Assembly (NCBI GenBank): GCA_963668675.2 | Contig: CAXXMB010000002.1 | Span: forward strand, 3,168,001-3,232,000 | Length of the DNA: 64,000 bases | Direction: 5' to 3' | Origin: an uncultured Desulfatitalea sp. | GTDB taxonomy: Bacteria > Desulfobacterota > Desulfobacteria > Desulfobacterales > Desulfosarcinaceae | Shown: positions 1-10,041 of the stretch, in pieces | Numbering within the stretch: position 1 is the first letter of the stretch | How the letters are laid out: each line of letters opens with the position of its first letter | The notes under the pieces: model-generated | The model's database searches: none | What the model saw: only the letters and a program-made list of their open reading frames with translations | Told to the model about the DNA's origin: nothing | Position numbers and translations under genes: made by a program

Positions 1-12
1 CAAAGCCGGCAT

Positions 13-1854
13 TTATGAAGCCCTGCCCGGGGCGTTTAACGCCTGCTCCTCCGGTTCAGCCTGGGATGATTGGCACACCCGGGGAAGGACACCCGGCCCG
101 AAGATCTCCCAGTTGCCCTTTTTGAGATCCGGGCACTCCTTGAAGATGATTTCCGGACAAGCTGCGCATACTGCAGGACAGAACGACTCCCGCATGGCCT
201 GCCTGATGGCCCTGCCGGTGGCTGTGCGGACGTGGCCCTCGCCGATCTCTTTCAGTAATCCCGAGTTTTTAAGAGTGAGAAAGGCACGGTGATTCAGGCC
301 GGAGAAATAGATGCCGCCCCCCCGCCGGCGCAACTCCTCCAATACAATCTCGAGCAGATGGACACCACTGGCATCCATGGTGTTCACTTTTTGCATGCGG
401 ATCAGCAGGTTGGTTGTGTTGGGATGGCTGCGCAACCGCCGCTGCAGATCGTCCAGGACAAAGGCGGCCGAGCCGAAAAAGAGCGACCCCTCAATGGCGA
501 CAATATCCATCTGGCAGCAGGTGTTTCCATAGGCAGATCCGGTCATTTTGCCGGTTTCCGGATCCGGTACAACCGAGTGGATGCGCGGGTGTGATGTGGC
601 CGCCAGATGCAGGCCGATCGAGAGCAGCACTCCTGTGTAGATGGCAAATTCGATGTTGAGTACGAGCGTCGAGAGAAAGGTGATCACCAGAACGGCCGCG
701 TCGCCGCGAGTGGTTTTGACGGTACGCGCGATATCCCGCACCCTGATCATGTCGTAGGATACGACGATGAGAACGCCGGCCAAGGCCGCGATGGGCAGAT
801 TGGCCGCCAGCGGTGCGGCGAGCAATACGGTCAGCGCCACCGCCATGGCAGAGACGATGCCGCTCAGGGGGGTTCTGGCGCCGGACCTGAAATTGACCGC
901 CGAACGGGTAAAGGATCCGCTGCCGGCATAGCCGCTGAATATGGCAGCGGAGACATTGGACAGGCCCTGGCCGACAAACTCCTGGTTGATGTTGATGCGC
1001 TGCCGCGTCTGGTCGGCGATGGATTTGGCGATGGAGACCGCCTCGACCAGTCCGAGAATGGCGATGGCCATGGCGCCGGGTACCAGCTTTCCGGCCTGAA
1101 AAACCGTCTCCACGTCAGGAAGGCGCAAGGCGGGCAACCGGCCGGAGATGGTGCCTACGACCGCCACACCCCGTTCATCGAGATCGAGCAGGGCAACCAT
1201 AGCGCCCACCACGATCATGGCAATGAGCGTGCCGGGCCAGTTCGGTCGGAGGCGCTTGAACCCGACAATGACCACGATGGTGATCGCCCCCAGTCCCAGG
1301 CTGATCCATTCGGTTTGATGCAGATGGGTGAGGATGCTCCACAGATGCTCGTAAAAGATCGAGGTCTTCTCTATTTCCAACCCGAGTAGCCCAGGGAGCT
1401 GTTTGAACGCGATCAGAAAGGCGGCACCGGTGGTGAATCCGATCAACACGGCGTGGGAGACGAAGTTGAGCAGTGCGCCCAGCCGGGCCACGCCCATGAT
1501 GATCTGAACCGCACCGACCATAAGTGCCATAAAGAGGGCCAGCTCGATGTAAGCCGCGCTGTTGGGTTGGGCCAGGGGGCTGAGGGCACTGAACACCACC
1601 AGGGAGACCGCTGTGGTGGGGCCGGTGATCAGGTGGGATGAACTGCCCCACAAACAGGCGATGATGGTAGGCACAATGGAGGCATAGAGACCGTACGCCA
1701 CCGGCAGGCCGGCAATGAGGGCGTACGCCATCGATTGGGGGACGGCCACCACTGCCACGGTCAAGCCTGCAAACAGATCGGGCTTGAGGAACCGTCGGCG
1801 GTAACCCCGCAGCCATGAAACAAAAGGCACCAGATTTTCAGGATGAAAATGCAC
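13..1854 (-). CDS. SulP (SLC26) family anion transporter with STAS domain
   Basis: DLFAGLTVAVVAVPQSMAYA and GSFTRSAVNFRSGART SulP motifs, C-terminal STAS (GSLFFGSA, MDASG). GTG start at 1854 has GGAGA RBS; the ORF-track start at 1971 looks over-extended. Confidence 0.93.
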   Translation of the reverse strand: MHFHPENLVPFVSWLRGYRRRFLKPDLFAGLTVAVVAVPQSMAYALIAGLPVAYGLYASIVPTIIACLWGSSSHLITGPTTAVSLVVFSALSPLAQPNSAAYIELALFMALMVGAVQIIMGVARLGALLNFVSHAVLIGFTTGAAFLIAFKQLPGLLGLEIEKTSIFYEHLWSILTHLHQTEWISLGLGAITIVVIVGFKRLRPNWPGTLIAMIVVGAMVALLDLDERGVAVVGTISGRLPALRLPDVETVFQAGKLVPGAMAIAILGLVEAVSIAKSIADQTRQRININQEFVGQGLSNVSAAIFSGYAGSGSFTRSAVNFRSGARTPLSGIVSAMAVALTVLLAAPLAANLPIAALAGVLIVVSYDMIRVRDIARTVKTTRGDAAVLVITFLSTLVLNIEFAIYTGVLLSIGLHLAATSHPRIHSVVPDPETGKMTGSAYGNTCCQMDIVAIEGSLFFGSAAFVLDDLQRRLRSHPNTTNLLIRMQKVNTMDASGVHLLEIVLEELRRRGGGIYFSGLNHRAFLTLKNSGLLKEIGEGHVRTATGRAIRQAMRESFCPAVCAACPEIIFKECPDLKKGNWEIFGPGVLPRVCQSSQAEPEEQALNAPGRAS

Positions 1855-2003
1855 GTTGCCTCTCCAATCTAAAACACAGCCGATACAAGATCCGGATCGA
1901 TGAAAAGATGCATCTTGCTTTTGCAATATTGCATAAGCCAGCATAATACTAGAATTGAATGTGGCAATCAAACGGCTTTCTCCGAATTTTTGCAGGAGAC
2001 AAA

Positions 2004-2672
2004 ATGGGCATAAAGATACTCGAAGGCCTCTGGCAGGTGTGCGGCGATGGCCTCACTCATCCGGGGGATGCCGCCGCCTATCTGATTCACATGGGCGCTG
2101 CCGCAGCGTTGATCGATGCAGGCACTGGACGAGGGCATGGGCAGTTGAAAAGCCACATCCAAAGGGCACTGCCGGCCGATGTGCCTTTGACACACCTGCT
2201 GTTGACCCATTGTCATTTCGATCACAGCGGGGGCGCCGAGAAGGTTCGCCGCGATTTCGGGTGCCGTATTGTGGCCCATGCGCTGGATGCCGTATATCTG
2301 GCGGCCGGCGACAGCACGGTAACGGCTGCCGCATGGTATGGTGCCGATATGGATCCGCTCGAGGTCGATGTCCTCCTGGAAGGTGAAATGAATAGCGTGC
2401 CCGTGGGCGATGGTGAGCTGACTGCGATTCACTGCCCGGGCCACTCTCCGGGATCTTTGGCCTATACGGCTGAAATCGAGGGACTGCACGTTCTTTTTGG
2501 CCAGGATATCCACGGACCGATCCATCCGGCCCTGCGCTCGGATGATGCACACTACCAGGCTTCCCTGGAAAAGTTGATGCACCTGGACGCGGATCTGCTG
2601 GCCGAGGGTCACTTCGGCGTCATCCGCGGGAAGGATCAGGTGCGCCGGTTCATACAATCCTATCGGGTGTGA
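2004..2672 (+). CDS. MBL-fold metallo-hydrolase
   Basis: THCHFDHSGG (HxHxDH), PGHSPGS, distal EGH; ATG 2004 after AGGAG. Confidence 0.9.
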   Translation: MGIKILEGLWQVCGDGLTHPGDAAAYLIHMGAAAALIDAGTGRGHGQLKSHIQRALPADVPLTHLLLTHCHFDHSGGAEKVRRDFGCRIVAHALDAVYLAAGDSTVTAAAWYGADMDPLEVDVLLEGEMNSVPVGDGELTAIHCPGHSPGSLAYTAEIEGLHVLFGQDIHGPIHPALRSDDAHYQASLEKLMHLDADLLAEGHFGVIRGKDQVRRFIQSYRV

Positions 2673-2790
2673 GGGGACTCCGCCACTGGAAACCCGTTTG
2701 CGGCCACAGCAGACGCAAGAGCTGCCGCTATTGGTTGACAGTGCACTCCATAGGTCAGTATAAGCCATTGTCCTTTTGGCTGGAGATGCC

Positions 2791-3537
2791 ATGAAATATG
2801 TCAAAAAACTGCTTTCCCTGGGGAATCGGGCCATCAAGAAGATGGCGTATCTCGTTCGGGAGCGTTTCGACCTCATAGAGGTAAAAATTTTATCCATCGG
2901 GCTTCTGTTTACTCTTCTTCTCTGTCTTTATCTTCTGATACTTCTTTTTTTCGATACCGGTCTGTACGGCGTGCTCTCGTCGACGGCGATTATTCACCTC
3001 ATGGGGGGGCGGGGTCTGGGCATCGCCACCTGCCTCTCCGCCGGTCTTTCGACCTTTGCCACCATTGCATACAACTTTTTTCTTGAGGTCATTATCGTTC
3101 TGGTGGCTTATGGGATGGCCGTTCTGATCATTCGAAACGTCATCGAACCGAAACTGCTTAAAAGCGCCGTGCGGCAGGCGGAGCTGACCGCCCAAGAGCA
3201 GAAGACTAAGATCAAAAGGTATGGCGCCATAGGGCTTTTTTTATTTGTCATGTTTCCCTTCTTCATGACCGGGCCGGTCATTGGCGCTATCATCGGATAT
3301 CTGCTGCACTACAAAGCGATAAACAATTTTTTGATAGTCTTCAGCGGCACGCTGGTCGCCATCGTTATCTATGCTCTGATCGGCAACAGTGTTCTCGACT
3401 TTGTCAACGGCTATGTCGATGTCGGCCTGATAAAGACATGGGGCGGCGTCATCGTCGGCCTGCTGATCCTGATTTTCGCCGTCTACCACATCGGGACGGT
3501 GAAACGGTTTCTCGATCAGGAGGATGAGCCTTCTTGA
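2791..3537 (+). CDS. putative small multidrug export (COG2426-like) membrane protein
   Basis: Several TM helices; YGAIGLFLFVMFPFFMTGPVIGAIIG resembles the family motif. Confidence 0.65.
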   Translation: MKYVKKLLSLGNRAIKKMAYLVRERFDLIEVKILSIGLLFTLLLCLYLLILLFFDTGLYGVLSSTAIIHLMGGRGLGIATCLSAGLSTFATIAYNFFLEVIIVLVAYGMAVLIIRNVIEPKLLKSAVRQAELTAQEQKTKIKRYGAIGLFLFVMFPFFMTGPVIGAIIGYLLHYKAINNFLIVFSGTLVAIVIYALIGNSVLDFVNGYVDVGLIKTWGGVIVGLLILIFAVYHIGTVKRFLDQEDEPS

Positions 3538-3855
3538 CCCCCTCCGGTATTGCAGCATTGGGCACGAGACGGCCAGAAACGCTTTCAAGGTCGATATTCC
3601 AATTGACATTCGTTCTTCAACCCACTAATTATGACGGCACTACAAGCTCAATCCTGCTTTGTCTTCCCTGCCACCTGGTATTTAATGTAGGGCTTAATCT
3701 ATAGAAGAAAATTTGTCTTGTCTGGTGGCGCCGCTGGCGCCATGGCTGCCATTATGGCGGATATTCCGGAGGGGGTTGGTAGATTCCTCGTTTGAGCCTG
3801 TTTGGGCAGCAGGGGTGATCCTTCCGGCGATCATGGAACGAAATGGATGGGTACC

Positions 3856-5844
3856 ATGAGTGAGATCAATCTATCGGAGATGATAATCTCCCAGGACGCA
3901 AATCAGTGGAGGGCGTTTCGGGCAGACGAAGCGAACCAGCACCCCAATCTTTCCGGTGCCGATCTGAAGGGCGCCGATTTGGGCCATTTTGACCTGAGCG
4001 GCGCCGATCTGTCCGGTTGCGACTTGAGCGGCGCACAGCTGCAGGGGGCCAACCTGGAGGACGCCAACCTGAGAAAGGCGAATTTGAGTGGCGCGGATCT
4101 TACCAAAGCCAAACTCTCCGGGGCCAGGCTCATGTGTGCCAATCTGTTCAAGGCGGTTCTGCGCAATGCGGATCTTCGCCAGGTCGAGTTCAATGCCGCC
4201 CGTCTGCGCAGTGCTGTCATCTCTGGAGCGAACCTGACCGGTGCGATTCTAAACGGCGCCAATCTGAAGCAGGCACTGTTGAAAAATGCCAATTTGACCA
4301 ATGCGCGCCTCAATGCGACCAAACTCAGCGAGGCGGACCTGACCGGAGCGAATCTGACCGATGCCGATCTGTCAGGCGCCATTCTGGATGGCACCGATCT
4401 CTCCCGGGCTGTATTGAAAAAGGGCAGTCTGAAGGCCGCCAAGCTCAAGGGGGTCATTCTGCGCGGGCACAATTTGCGGGAAGTGGACCTGAGCAGATCC
4501 AACCTGCGTGGCGCTGATCTGCGCAACACCTTCCTCGAAGGCGCGGATCTGAGGGAGACCGATCTGTGCGGCGCCCGATTGAGCGGCGCCAATTTGAACC
4601 GTGTCTCCCTGGAGCAGGCCAAAGGCGCCGGTGCGGATTTTACCGGTGCCCAGTTGTGTGCCGCCAACCTCTGCGCTGCAGGATTAAGGAAAGCGTGTCT
4701 GCGTGAGGCCGATTTGAACGGGGCCAAACTGGATGGCGCCGAGCTGAATGAAGCCGATCTCTCCAGTGCCAAGCTGGTGAAAGCCCGTTTAAAGGGCGCC
4801 GGCTTGAGACATGCCGTGTTGAGCCGGGCCAACCTGAGCAAAGCCGATCTCTCCGAGAGCGATTTGCGCAATGCCGATCTCACCCGCTGCCATATTGCCG
4901 AGGCCGATCTCTCCGGTGCCAGGGCAAATGGGGCCGATTTGAGCTGGTCCGATCTGACCGACGCCCGACTGCTGGGCACCGTGCTCGATATGACCACCCT
5001 TCGTCATGCCACTCTGAATGGCGCCGATTTCACCGGTGCGCGACTCGTCAGTGCCAATCTGAGTGAAGCGCGCATGGTGGGAACCGTTCTCAAGGGGGCC
5101 GATTTGAGCAAAGCCCGAATGGCCAAGGTCGATCTGCGCAATGCCGATTTAAGCGATGCCATATGTGTGGGGATCGATCTCTCCGAAGCGGATATTACGG
5201 GTGCCGATATTGCCAACGCCAATATGTCGGATTGGACCATCACCGATATCATCTGCTGCCATGCGTTTTCGGGTGAGCGTCGCATCGACTTCAAGTCCGG
5301 TGAGTTCGAGAAGACCTATTCGGTGGCTGAAAACACCGTTCGTCTGGAGCTTGCCCTTCCCTTGTCGGACATTGCCTACTATATCGGCCGGATCATTGAG
5401 AGGGGGCTAAGGCACGCATTCGGGGCGCATACCCTCTTCTTCGAGGGCCTCAGATCATCCGCAGATGGTACGACCCGCTTTCTCTATCGCAACGTGGGCA
5501 CCAGCGAGCAACTCAACGTGGTCGGTACAAAGTTGGCGGCCATACGTCTGCGGCTTCAGCCGATATTGAGCGATATTGCGAATAACGGTTCGAAAGCATC
5601 CGGACTGAAGCCCCATGAGATGGCCGACATACCATTTCAGCCGGTGATGATTGCCCGCCCCAAAGAGATCGTCACTCAGATGAACGACCGTTATGTCAAG
5701 ATGCATACGCTGATCCGGCATGTTCTGCTGGCAGTGACGGAAGAGACCAGGGCGACGGGTGCCCAGCACGTCCATTCTTCTACGGAGAAGATACCTGTTG
5801 CCGGAGGGGTTTGCATCGAGACGGATGAGTTTGTCATGTTCTAA
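3856..5844 (+). CDS. long pentapeptide-repeat protein with unrecognised C-terminal domain
   Basis: About 430 aa of tandem A(D/N)Lxx repeats after an N-terminal WRAFR..PNLSGADL cap; start uncertain (3832/3847/3856). Confidence 0.9.
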   Translation: MSEINLSEMIISQDANQWRAFRADEANQHPNLSGADLKGADLGHFDLSGADLSGCDLSGAQLQGANLEDANLRKANLSGADLTKAKLSGARLMCANLFKAVLRNADLRQVEFNAARLRSAVISGANLTGAILNGANLKQALLKNANLTNARLNATKLSEADLTGANLTDADLSGAILDGTDLSRAVLKKGSLKAAKLKGVILRGHNLREVDLSRSNLRGADLRNTFLEGADLRETDLCGARLSGANLNRVSLEQAKGAGADFTGAQLCAANLCAAGLRKACLREADLNGAKLDGAELNEADLSSAKLVKARLKGAGLRHAVLSRANLSKADLSESDLRNADLTRCHIAEADLSGARANGADLSWSDLTDARLLGTVLDMTTLRHATLNGADFTGARLVSANLSEARMVGTVLKGADLSKARMAKVDLRNADLSDAICVGIDLSEADITGADIANANMSDWTITDIICCHAFSGERRIDFKSGEFEKTYSVAENTVRLELALPLSDIAYYIGRIIERGLRHAFGAHTLFFEGLRSSADGTTRFLYRNVGTSEQLNVVGTKLAAIRLRLQPILSDIANNGSKASGLKPHEMADIPFQPVMIARPKEIVTQMNDRYVKMHTLIRHVLLAVTEETRATGAQHVHSSTEKIPVAGGVCIETDEFVMF

Positions 5845-6064
5845 GCAACTTCCATCAATCGACATTTTTGCAACCACCTCAATAGCGGCTTGGTTTTATC
5901 TATCGAACGCTCCGCAACGTTATGGAGCATCTTACTGTATAAAGATGAAGCCATATCCACAATTATTGTGAAAAGCATTTCTTAAAATCCGCTCCACTAC
6001 TTCACGCCCTGAGAGTATTTTTAATTATTCAAGCCTGATATGCAATTTTAATAGATTTGATTGC

Positions 6065-6081
6065 TTGGCACGATTATTGGA
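6065..6081 (+). promoter_or_regulatory. possible sigma-54 promoter (-24/-12)
   Basis: TTGGCACGATTATTGGA vs consensus TGGCACG-N4-TTGC; GG instead of GC at -12; AT-rich upstream region. Confidence 0.35.
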
Positions 6082-6283
6082 AGAAGTATTGTGCATGCGC
6101 TTTGCAGGCAACGCGTTCCACCTAAACGAAACCAGCCAATACGGTTTTCAGACCTGCTGCTTGCTGCGAGCGCCTGATGAAAATAGTCCCGGAGTTTCAT
6201 CTGCCAATAGTGTCCCCACACCTGCTGCTGAGACAGAGTACACCATCGTTATCTCTTCCTCGGTTGTCAGCAAAACACTACAT

Positions 6284-6299
6284 TGTGAGAAATGTCACA
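6284..6299. promoter_or_regulatory. CRP/FNR-family operator-like palindrome
   Basis: TGTGA-gaaatg-TCACA, exact TGTGA-N6-TCACA in an intergenic region. Confidence 0.5.
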
Positions 6300-6431
6300 C
6301 TGGCTTGATGTCTTGGATCACACTCTTTTTCATTCACTTCGAATAAATTGGCTCACAAGCATCAGAAGGCGCCAAATCCTTCAGCCTGGCTTGAGAAACA
6401 ACCCGGGTGGCAGCAAAGAAGAGGAGAGGTC

Positions 6432-6668
6432 ATGAATCGCAAAGAGCTCCTGAATCAGTTGCAGAACGAAACGGATCCCGATGCCCAGATCCAGGCATTG
6501 CGGCACCTGGAATTCTACATCGACGATCCCCATGTGCTAAATGTGTTTTGCCACACGCTGCTCGCAACGAGCCACCTTACTTTGCGGACACGAATCATGG
6601 ATGTGATGCGGCCCAAAGTGGACTGGTCCCACCACTCATACTTTCCGGCAATCGACAAAAGGGCCTGA
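6432..6668 (+). CDS. small hypothetical helical (HEAT-like) protein, 78 aa
   Basis: Strong RBS GAGGAGAGG before ATG 6432; MNRKELLNQLQNETDPDAQIQALRHL looks protein-like. Confidence 0.5.
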   Translation: MNRKELLNQLQNETDPDAQIQALRHLEFYIDDPHVLNVFCHTLLATSHLTLRTRIMDVMRPKVDWSHHSYFPAIDKRA

Positions 6669-6804
6669 CCGGAAACCGGAGCCGCTTCGGCGATTCATGG
6701 CTTGCCGCAGCGGGCGCCACCGGAGTGAGGTCCTTATTCTCCGCTCTATGCCTGAAATTGTTCTAATGGCATCGGTTAGCCTGACGCTGTTGGCTGAAAG
6801 GCCG

Positions 6805-7671
6805 CTATTCGGATTGGTGCACCAGTCGCATACCTGGATGAGGAACATCGAAGTAAGGGATCGTGGCGCCGTCCAGGCTGCCGATAAACGCGGTCCTTCG
6901 GTCCGGTCCGCCGAAACAGATGTTGGTCGGCCGCTGGAAGACCCTTTTGTCCGGATCTTCGAGGACCATCTGGAGTTCACCCGACGGCGTAAGATAGCCT
7001 ACCGCATTCCAGTGGGGAAAGGTGATCCACAGGTTCCCGGCCTCATCGAAGGCGATGCCGTCCGGCAATCCCAACTCTGACAGCGGGCTGGGTCCGAAAG
7101 GTTCACCTGGTCCGAGGGTACCGTCGTCCTTGATCTCATAGCGAATAATGTCGAACCGCATGGTTTGCGCCACGTAGAGGTAGCGCTCCTCCATGTCCAG
7201 GGTGATGCCGTTGGCAAAATAGAGTCCGTCGGCCACAATCCGGGCCTCACCCTTATCGATGAGCACCACGCAACCATCCGGTTCGGGATGCCAGAGGGCC
7301 TCGTCGACATTCTCTTTCTCCGTCGAGTTGGAGATCCATAAGCGCTCCTGGCTATCCACATAGGGGAAATTAGGAGCGCGCATGTGTCGCCCTTCGGCAA
7401 CGGTCAACAGCACCTCGTGGCTGCCGTCCGGAGAGAGGGCCTGCACCTGACCGCTACCGATGTTGGCCACTATGCAGCGCCCTTTCGTGTCGATGCAGAT
7501 ACCGTTGGGCACCCCGCCCAGATCGCCGAAGAAGCTCACCTGGCCGTCTCCTGATATATGGGCGATTCGACCACGGGCATCGGCCGTGTAGAGCGAGCCG
7601 TCATCCAACGCCATGACCCCTTCAGGTCGTATAATACCTGAGCCGATTGTTTTGACCTCTGATAAATCCAT
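6805..7671 (-). CDS. SMP-30/gluconolactonase/LRE family protein
   Basis: RPEG, PNGI, FANGITL, PDGIAFDEAGNLW, PTNICFGG beta-propeller motifs. Confidence 0.9.
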   Translation of the reverse strand: MDLSEVKTIGSGIIRPEGVMALDDGSLYTADARGRIAHISGDGQVSFFGDLGGVPNGICIDTKGRCIVANIGSGQVQALSPDGSHEVLLTVAEGRHMRAPNFPYVDSQERLWISNSTEKENVDEALWHPEPDGCVVLIDKGEARIVADGLYFANGITLDMEERYLYVAQTMRFDIIRYEIKDDGTLGPGEPFGPSPLSELGLPDGIAFDEAGNLWITFPHWNAVGYLTPSGELQMVLEDPDKRVFQRPTNICFGGPDRRTAFIGSLDGATIPYFDVPHPGMRLVHQSE

Positions 7672-7693
7672 ACCCCTCTTCTCCTTGACTGTT

Positions 7694-8797
7694 TTATGCG
7701 CTGATTTTATCGAGCTCTTTCCCCGCATGCGGATTCACTTCGCATATGGGATCGCCGGGGCGCCATTTTTTGCTTCGCAGGGGCCTGAAGCAGCTATTGC
7801 AGGAGGTGCAGGCCACGATGCTTTTGTGCTCGCCGGCTTTGACTTTATTGGGCCAATCCGGATCGGAAATGAGCTGCCGGCCGATTCCGATCAGATCGGC
7901 CCGGTTTTCGGCCAAAATCATTTCGGCAACCTCCGCGGTGTTGATCCGTCCCACCGCCACCACCGGAACGGAAACCGATCGCTTGATGGATTGTGCCAAA
8001 GGCACGTAGGTCCCCATTTTTGCTCTCGGGCCGGGAGACGGTCTTATGCCAACCGGAGCGCCAACCGAGATGTCAAACGCATCCACGCCCGCTCTCTCAA
8101 GTTCCATGGCAAAGGTGCGACTTTGGCGCAGGGTGATGCCTTCGGGGCGCTTCTCTTTTGCGCCCAGCCGGTAGAGGATAGGGTAGTCACTGCCTGCGGC
8201 ATCGCGCATGGCACGAACGGTTTCGACACCAAAACGCATTCTTTTTTCAGCATCACCACCATAACGGTCCGTTCGCCGATTATCGGCCCCGGAAAAGAAC
8301 TGGCAGGCCAGGTAGCCATGGGCCCCGTGCACCTCCACGAAGTCAAAGCCTGAGCGCTTGGCCGCCTCGGCCGCCTGGCCGAATTTTGCCGTGATGGCCT
8401 CTATCTCCGCAATCTTCAACTCCCGCTGATCGCCCGTTGCCGAGGGGGCGACCTGCTCAGCACTGGGATTGAAGGCGCCGTTACCGGCGGGCAGCTGGTT
8501 ACCGTGCCACAGCTGAATGCCGATACGGGCGCCGGCCCCTTTGATTTCGTCAGTGAATTTTCTCATCTTATCGATGAAGCGCCGGACAGCCCCCTGACGA
8601 CCCCAGGCGGCATCATTGACAAAAAGATCAACGGATGTACCATTCATAACGATCGCCCCAACGCCTCCCTTGGCACGGGCCATATAATACGCTTGGGCGC
8701 GCGGGTTGGTCAGCCCTAGCCTGAGTTGCATGGGCAGCATGACGATTCGGTTTTTCAGCTGCAGACCATTGATAACAATGGGGTCGAACAGTTTCAT
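7694..8797 (-). CDS. NADH:flavin oxidoreductase (Old Yellow Enzyme family)
   Basis: LKNRIVMLPM, VEVHGAHGYL, NRRTDRYGG, C-terminal CTSCNSC...C; ATG 8797 after AAGGAG. Confidence 0.92.
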   Translation of the reverse strand: MKLFDPIVINGLQLKNRIVMLPMQLRLGLTNPRAQAYYMARAKGGVGAIVMNGTSVDLFVNDAAWGRQGAVRRFIDKMRKFTDEIKGAGARIGIQLWHGNQLPAGNGAFNPSAEQVAPSATGDQRELKIAEIEAITAKFGQAAEAAKRSGFDFVEVHGAHGYLACQFFSGADNRRTDRYGGDAEKRMRFGVETVRAMRDAAGSDYPILYRLGAKEKRPEGITLRQSRTFAMELERAGVDAFDISVGAPVGIRPSPGPRAKMGTYVPLAQSIKRSVSVPVVAVGRINTAEVAEMILAENRADLIGIGRQLISDPDWPNKVKAGEHKSIVACTSCNSCFRPLRSKKWRPGDPICEVNPHAGKELDKISA

Positions 8798-9034
8798 CGC
8801 GGGCTCCTTTTGCAAAGAGGAAATGCGGATTGATTTGCCGATTGGATCTATCTCCAGCCGCATGATATACAAGGTGCTGATACTGCTGTGAGGGGCCCAT
8901 GCGGTGCAGTTGCTATGGAGCACAGTAGAGCGTTCGCTCAGTTAAGTCAAGTAATGCCCTGTTATAAAAGGATAAGGTCATCTGGACAGCATACCGAGCC
9001 AAGTCTGGGCGCGGTAGAGACCAAGGAGGGAAAG

Positions 9035-10024
9035 ATGAAAGCAGTCATATTGGACGGATTTGGTGGCCCCGAGGTGATGGGGATTGGTGACCTGCCCGTG
9101 CCCGAACCCGGCAGTGGCCAGGTGCGGGTGCGTGTGGTCGCCACTTCGGTCAATCGGGCCGATACGGTTCAGCGCAAGGGAAACTACCCCCCGCCGCCGG
9201 GCGAATCTGAGGTTCTGGGGCTGGAGGTGGCCGGTGTGGTCGATGAGGTTGGCGCCGGGGTGAAGGATTGGCGCCCGGGAGATCGCGTGATGGGTCTGGT
9301 GGCCGGTGGCGGGTACGCTGAGTATGCCATCGCCTATTCCGGGCATCTGATGGCGATACCCGAACAGATCACCTTTGAGAGTGCGGCCGCGATTTGCGAG
9401 GTTTATATCACCGCATTTCTAAATCTGTTTCTCATCGGACGTGTCGGGGAGGGCGATACGGTGCTGCTGCATGGTGGTGGCGGAGGCGTCAATACGGCTG
9501 CGATTCAGATTATCCGCAGCCTGGTTGCCGATTGCCGGATCGTTGTGACTGCTTCGACCGGCAAGGTCGATCGGGTGCGGCAACTGGGGGTCGACCTGGT
9601 GATCGACTATCGGCAGCAGGATTTTGCCGAAGAGGTGAAACGGTTCACCCGGAGTGCTGGTGCCGATGTTATTCTGGACCATATCGGCGCGTCCTATCTG
9701 GCAAAGAATCAGGCATCTTTGGCTGTGGGCGGTCGCCTGGTGGTGATCGGACGCATGGGGGGGGCGGTCGGAGAGCTCAACCTGGGAGTGATGATGGTCA
9801 AGCGGCAGCGGATCATCGGTTCGGTATTGCGGGCCCTGCCGGTGGCGGAAAAGTCTGCCATTATCGACGAATTTGTGCGACAGGTGTTGCCCCACATTGC
9901 GAGCCATCGTATCGCGCCGCTCATTCATCAGGTGCTACCCCTGGAGGAGGTCACCAGAGCTCACATGGAGATGGAGTCATCCGCCCATTTCGGTAAGATT
10001 GTGTTGAGGGTAGGAGATGGATAG
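9035..10024 (+). CDS. NAD(P)H-quinone oxidoreductase, PIG3 family
   Basis: VNRADTVQRKGNYPPPPGESEVLGLE, GGGYAEY, HFGKIVL; RBS AAGGAGG. Confidence 0.92.
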   Translation: MKAVILDGFGGPEVMGIGDLPVPEPGSGQVRVRVVATSVNRADTVQRKGNYPPPPGESEVLGLEVAGVVDEVGAGVKDWRPGDRVMGLVAGGGYAEYAIAYSGHLMAIPEQITFESAAAICEVYITAFLNLFLIGRVGEGDTVLLHGGGGGVNTAAIQIIRSLVADCRIVVTASTGKVDRVRQLGVDLVIDYRQQDFAEEVKRFTRSAGADVILDHIGASYLAKNQASLAVGGRLVVIGRMGGAVGELNLGVMMVKRQRIIGSVLRALPVAEKSAIIDEFVRQVLPHIASHRIAPLIHQVLPLEEVTRAHMEMESSAHFGKIVLRVGDG

Positions 10025-10041
10025 GTGGCTCGCTATCGGCA

